Both the position numbers and the translations under genes were made by a program. The notes under the pieces are model-generated. The model did no database searches. It saw nothing but the letters and a program-made list of their open reading frames with translations, and had not been told where the DNA came from. From Nitrospinales bacterium (GTDB taxonomy: Bacteria; Nitrospinota; Nitrospinia; Nitrospinales; VA-1), in assembly GCA_965223795.1 (NCBI GenBank), contig CBDCXL010000002.1, forward strand, positions 640,001-704,000: a stretch of DNA of 64,000 nt, given 5' to 3'. Shown here piece by piece: positions 60,203-64,000 of this stretch (positions within the stretch are counted from its first letter, which is position 1; each line of letters starts with the position of its first letter).

Positions 60203-60230
60203 AGTATCACCCAAAATTTGAGCTTGTCAA
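60203..60230 (-). promoter_or_regulatory. Sigma-70 promoter of the ccm operon
   Basis: Minus strand TTGACA-N16-GATACT. Confidence 0.55.
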
Positions 60231-60604
60231 AGCAATTCCCGGATCTTGAAAACCCTTGCAAAAAACGGTTTAGGCATCCTGACGTGTTCGATGCTCAAAC
60301 AACCGCCGCGGTTTTTTATATTCTTTTATATTCCTGAAAAAGCACCACAACGAAGCCAGGGAGTTCGCGGTCTCGAAAACCCGCCCGCCGCAGCCACAAT
60401 CAGAGCCACACAGCATGTGGATCTAAGGGCCGAAGCGGAAAACCGGCAGGGTGTCACCCCGGTGTCGCATCGGGGGTGGAACGCTCAAACCGGCCCGGAT
60501 TCGACACTTTGCGACACAAAAAAAGCGAAAAAAATAAAAGCCAATTTTTCAAATAGTTGCGAGTCATATGCGTCGAATCCGGCCACGCACAACCGGGATT
60601 TCAA

Positions 60605-60660
60605 TTGACAGAAACCGCCTTTGTGTTATGATCTGCCTAAATGTGTCACGAAGTGCACCA
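60605..60660 (+). promoter_or_regulatory. dcw promoter with putative MraZ boxes
   Basis: TTGACA-N16-TATGAT with extended -10 TG; GTG/CTG/GTG/GTG at 60623, 60633, 60643 and 60653 (10-bp period). Confidence 0.6.
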
Positions 60661-60728
60661 AACTTTTTCGAACCACTAAAATGAACTTCGCTTTCCTTCT
60701 TCTTGCAGCCCTCGGGCTGTTGACAATT

Positions 60729-61139
60729 ATGGCCAGTTTTTTAGGAGCTTACAACATAAATCTGGACGGCAAGGGGCGCTTCAACGTGCCCGCGAAATTC
60801 AAGGCCGTGCTGGACAAGCAGGAAAGCGATCAACTGGTGATCTGTATCCATGAAAATGAAACCAGCGGCAAGTACCTGACGATCTTTCCGGAAAAACAAT
60901 GGGATGCCAATCAAAAGCATTACGAGAACGTGGACGACTTCGATGAGGAAGCCAAGGAGAAAGTCCGCAGGCTCTATTCTCTGGCGTCGTATTGTGAAAT
61001 CAAGAGCGGAAAAATCCTGATCCCGGCGCACCAGAGGGAAGCGGCGGGGCTGGAAAATGGAATGGGAGCGGTGGTGAACGGGATGGTCCGCACCTTTGAG
61101 TTGTGGAATCCCGAACGTTGGGCGATTCAAAACGGGTGA
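60729..61139 (+). CDS. mraZ: Transcriptional regulator MraZ
   Basis: FLGAY..NLDGKGRFNVPAKFK and FELW motifs; GGGCTG weak RBS region; position before rsmH. Confidence 0.9.
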   Translation: MASFLGAYNINLDGKGRFNVPAKFKAVLDKQESDQLVICIHENETSGKYLTIFPEKQWDANQKHYENVDDFDEEAKEKVRRLYSLASYCEIKSGKILIPAHQREAAGLENGMGAVVNGMVRTFELWNPERWAIQNG

Positions 61140-61198
61140 GCCGGACGGCGGAGGCTCTGCCTTCGCGGCGCCGGACTCGATGAGGACCCGGAACGGCC

Positions 61199-62143
61199 AT
61201 GTTTGATTATCACACACCGGTACTGAAGGAAGCAGTCCTGAAGTATCTCAATGCCAAGGAGGAGGCAGTGATCGTGGACGGCACACTGGGAGACGGAGGG
61301 CATTCCCTGTTCATTCTTGAGAACACGGGGCCCGGAGTGCAGGTGCTGGGAATCGACCGGGACCCGAACGCACTGGAACGGGCCCAGGCAAGGCTCTCTC
61401 AGTATGCCGACCGCATGCGCTTCGCCCGCGGCAATTACAGCGAAGTTCAGGAAATTTTACAAAGCCGCAGTATCGACAAGGTGGACGCCCTTTTGCTCGA
61501 CCTTGGGGTGTCCTCCCTGCAGCTCGAAGATCCGGCGCGCGGTTTCAGTTTTCAGCCGGAGAAAGACGGTCCGCTGGACATGCGGGCCGACCCGGGCGAC
61601 ACCGTGACCGCGGCCGACCTTCTGGTCAACCTGACGGACGCCGAACTGGCTTCCGTTTTCAAGATCTACGGCGAGGAGCGACGATCCAAACGGATCGTAC
61701 GAGCGATTCGAAACGCACAGGTTATCAGTCCAATTGTAACAACCCGCCAATTATCAAACATTCTTTCCGAAGTACTACCCGCAAAACCCTCTTCTAAGAC
61801 CCATCCTGCGACCCGTGTGTTTCAATCGCTCCGCCTCGTCGTGAACCGCGAGCTCGATCATCTGAAAGCCGCGTTGAAGGATTCTCTGGAAATCCTCAAC
61901 ACGGGGGCCCGCATTCTGGCGATCTCCTTCCACTCGCTGGAAGATCGAATCGTGAAAAATTTTTTCCGTGACGAAGAGAAAGGCTGCACCTGCCCTCCCC
62001 GCGTCCCGGTTTGCGTCTGCGGCCGAAAACCCACCCTTAAAATCATCACCAAAAAACCCGTGGTCCCCGATGCCGCGGAGGTCGCGCGCAATCCCCGCTC
62101 CTCCAGCGCCAAGCTGCGCGTTGCGGAAAGAATTTATGTATGA
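61199..62143 (+). CDS. rsmH: 16S rRNA m4C1402 methyltransferase RsmH
   Basis: HTPVL, DGTLGDGGHS, DLGVSS, ISFHSLED and NPRSSSAKLR motifs. Confidence 0.96.
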   Translation: MFDYHTPVLKEAVLKYLNAKEEAVIVDGTLGDGGHSLFILENTGPGVQVLGIDRDPNALERAQARLSQYADRMRFARGNYSEVQEILQSRSIDKVDALLLDLGVSSLQLEDPARGFSFQPEKDGPLDMRADPGDTVTAADLLVNLTDAELASVFKIYGEERRSKRIVRAIRNAQVISPIVTTRQLSNILSEVLPAKPSSKTHPATRVFQSLRLVVNRELDHLKAALKDSLEILNTGARILAISFHSLEDRIVKNFFRDEEKGCTCPPRVPVCVCGRKPTLKIITKKPVVPDAAEVARNPRSSSAKLRVAERIYV

Positions 62144-62217
62144 CCGTCCGTCGAAAGCAGCAGCGGTATTGACTGCCGCGGGCCGCAACCTGAGCGGCGC
62201 ATCGACCGGGACTTCCG

Positions 62218-62535
62218 ATGTTTGAGCGGGCGCGGCGCGCCGCCAAAACCCGGCTGCACGTTTCTCCCAAAGAGCTGCGCACGCTGCTTGTGGTGTTCGT
62301 TCTGTTCATGCTCGGCGCGATGGCGTTCGTCTGGCCCAACGTCAAGATGGTGAAGATCGCCTACGAGTACCAGACGCTGACGCAGGAGCAGCGCAAACTG
62401 CTGCGCGAAAACAACCTGTTGAAAGTGGAACGGGAAAGTCTGAAATCGCTGGACCGCATACAGGCACTGGCGCGGTCCCGGACGGAACTGCAACCGGCGG
62501 ATGACGGCGAGATCGTCACCGTTTTTTTGAACTGA
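62218..62535 (+). CDS. ftsL: Cell division protein FtsL (start uncertain)
   Basis: TM plus coiled coil and SLDRIQALAR; lies between rsmH and ftsI. Confidence 0.8.
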   Translation: MFERARRAAKTRLHVSPKELRTLLVVFVLFMLGAMAFVWPNVKMVKIAYEYQTLTQEQRKLLRENNLLKVERESLKSLDRIQALARSRTELQPADDGEIVTVFLN

Positions 62536-62541
62536 GCGCCC

Positions 62542-64000
62542 ATGTCGCAAAAAAGACGGTCTTCGGTGAAAAACTTCCGCAACACGATCCGCATACGGCT
62601 GGTGTTCGTAGCGCTGGTTCTGTTTCTGTTCGTGGGCGGGCTCACCGCTCGATTATTCAGCCTGCAGATTCTTCATCATAAAGAGCTGCTCGCCAAATCG
62701 GAAAAGCAGTATGCCGGCACCAAGAAAATCCTCTACGGGCGGGGCAGCATTTTCGACCGCAACCAGAATGAGCTGGCGATGAACATCGAGGTGGAATCGG
62801 TTTACATCACGCCCGCGAAAATCGAAAACAAAAACCGCACGGCGCGCGATCTCGCCCGGCACCTCAACCTCGACCCCGGCCGGCTGCTGAAAAAGATGCA
62901 GTCGAACAAAAACTTCGTCTGGATCAAACGCAAGTGCAGCCTGGATGAGGCGGACAAGCTCAAGCAGCTGGACCTGCCCGGCGTCGGGTTCATCGCCGAG
63001 CAGAAACGGTTTTACCCGAAACGGGAACTGGCGGCGAACGTGACGGGATTCGTCGGGCTCGACAATCAGGGGCTTTCGGGCGTGGAGCATTTCAAGCACA
63101 GCGTGCTCAAGGGCCGCACCGTGCGCAAGGTGATGGCCAAGGACGCGCGCGGCCGTTACATTCGCTCGTCCAACCGGCCGCAGAAACCCAAAAGCCAGGA
63201 CGTGGTGCTGACGATCGATGAAGTCATCCAGTACACGGCCGAATACCACCTTAAAAAACAGGTGCAAAAATTCGACGCGGCCTCGGGCATGGCGGTGGTG
63301 ATGGACCCGTATTCGGGGGAAATTTTCGCGCTCGCCAACCATCCGCAGTTCAATCCCAACAATTACGCGGCCTACCCGTCCCACCGCTGGAAAAACAGTG
63401 TGGTTTCAAGCTCTTACGAACCGGGCTCGATTTTCAAGCCGTTCGTCGCGGCGGCGGCGCTGGAAACGGGCGTGGCCAAGCCGGACGACATTTTCTTCTG
63501 CGAGAACGGGAAATTCCGCATCGGCAAACACCACATCGGCGAGGCGGACAACCACAAATTCGGCTGGCTCAGCCTTGCCGACATCATCGCGAAATCCAGC
63601 AACATCGGCAGCATCAAGGTCGCGCAGCGCCTGGGCAACCAGACCCTTTTCAACTACATAAAGAAGTTCGGCTTCGGCGACAAACTGGGCATCGACCTTC
63701 CCGGCGAGCAGACCGGGCAGCTGCGGCCGCTGAGCAAGTGGGACAAGCTCTCGCTCGCGTCGATCTCTTTCGGGCAGGAGATCGCGGTGACGCCGATTCA
63801 GATCGCCGCCGCGATGGCCGCGATCGCCAACGGCGGAAACCTGGTGGTGCCGCGCATTACCAAGTCGGTGCTAAAAAATGGTACATTGGTGGAATCGACC
63901 AAGCCACGAACCATCCGGCGCGTGATTTCGCAGGCCACCAGCCAGCGCATGGTGGGCATTCTGAAACACGCCGTCAAAAACGGAACCGGAAAAACCGCGG
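62542..64000 (+). CDS. ftsI: Penicillin-binding protein FtsI/PBP3 (3' end outside the window)
   Basis: ATG 62542; TM; RGSIFDRN; RFYP; LTID; EPGSIFKP (SxxK); SSNIG (SxN). Absent from the ORF track because it has no stop in the window. Confidence 0.93.
   Translation, partial: MSQKRRSSVKNFRNTIRIRLVFVALVLFLFVGGLTARLFSLQILHHKELLAKSEKQYAGTKKILYGRGSIFDRNQNELAMNIEVESVYITPAKIENKNRTARDLARHLNLDPGRLLKKMQSNKNFVWIKRKCSLDEADKLKQLDLPGVGFIAEQKRFYPKRELAANVTGFVGLDNQGLSGVEHFKHSVLKGRTVRKVMAKDARGRYIRSSNRPQKPKSQDVVLTIDEVIQYTAEYHLKKQVQKFDAASGMAVVMDPYSGEIFALANHPQFNPNNYAAYPSHRWKNSVVSSSYEPGSIFKPFVAAAALETGVAKPDDIFFCENGKFRIGKHHIGEADNHKFGWLSLADIIAKSSNIGSIKVAQRLGNQTLFNYIKKFGFGDKLGIDLPGEQTGQLRPLSKWDKLSLASISFGQEIAVTPIQIAAAMAAIANGGNLVVPRITKSVLKNGTLVESTKPRTIRRVISQATSQRMVGILKHAVKNGTGKTA

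Noticed and set aside
60246..60600. Possible RNase P RNA upstream of mraZ
   Set aside because: The conserved GAGGAAAGUCC and 3' P4 motifs are absent on both strands.
61715..61800. AT-richer patch inside rsmH
   Set aside because: The frame is intact and it corresponds to a variable region; at most an internal promoter, which I cannot support.

Overview
This 64-kb window is mostly GC-rich core chromosome. Gene content and style suggest a Nitrospinota (Nitrospina-like) bacterium, which is an inference. It carries TerC and SemiSWEET transporters and an Fe/Mn SOD. A sigma-54-controlled unit (small protein, putative Cu-binding periplasmic protein, cytochrome c) lies next to an NtrC-type activator. 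It also has TPR proteins, a permease fused to an FG-GAP/ASPIC-UnbV domain, two-component genes, a complete SUF operon with amrS, moaA, larE, an atypical PII-yggS-proC unit, mutS2, tpx, an M16C peptidase, xth, two csp genes around oppDF, an RRM protein and a GH15 hydrolase. A System I cytochrome c maturation operon (ccmE-F-H-I'-A-B-D-C-G) and the start of the dcw cluster (mraZ-rsmH-ftsL-ftsI) end the window. I saw no rRNA, tRNA, CRISPR array, transposase or phage genes. The main unexplained signals are: (1) intergenic tracts rich in GGA-loop hairpins (possible CsrA-sponge sRNAs) and an orphan promoter-plus-terminator sRNA candidate; (2) REP-like palindromes enclosed in IS-like terminal inverted repeats; (3) two members of an apparently unnamed small-protein family; (4) a non-canonical PII; (5) the permease fusion; (6) a hybrid ccm system. 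All functional proposals are untested hypotheses.
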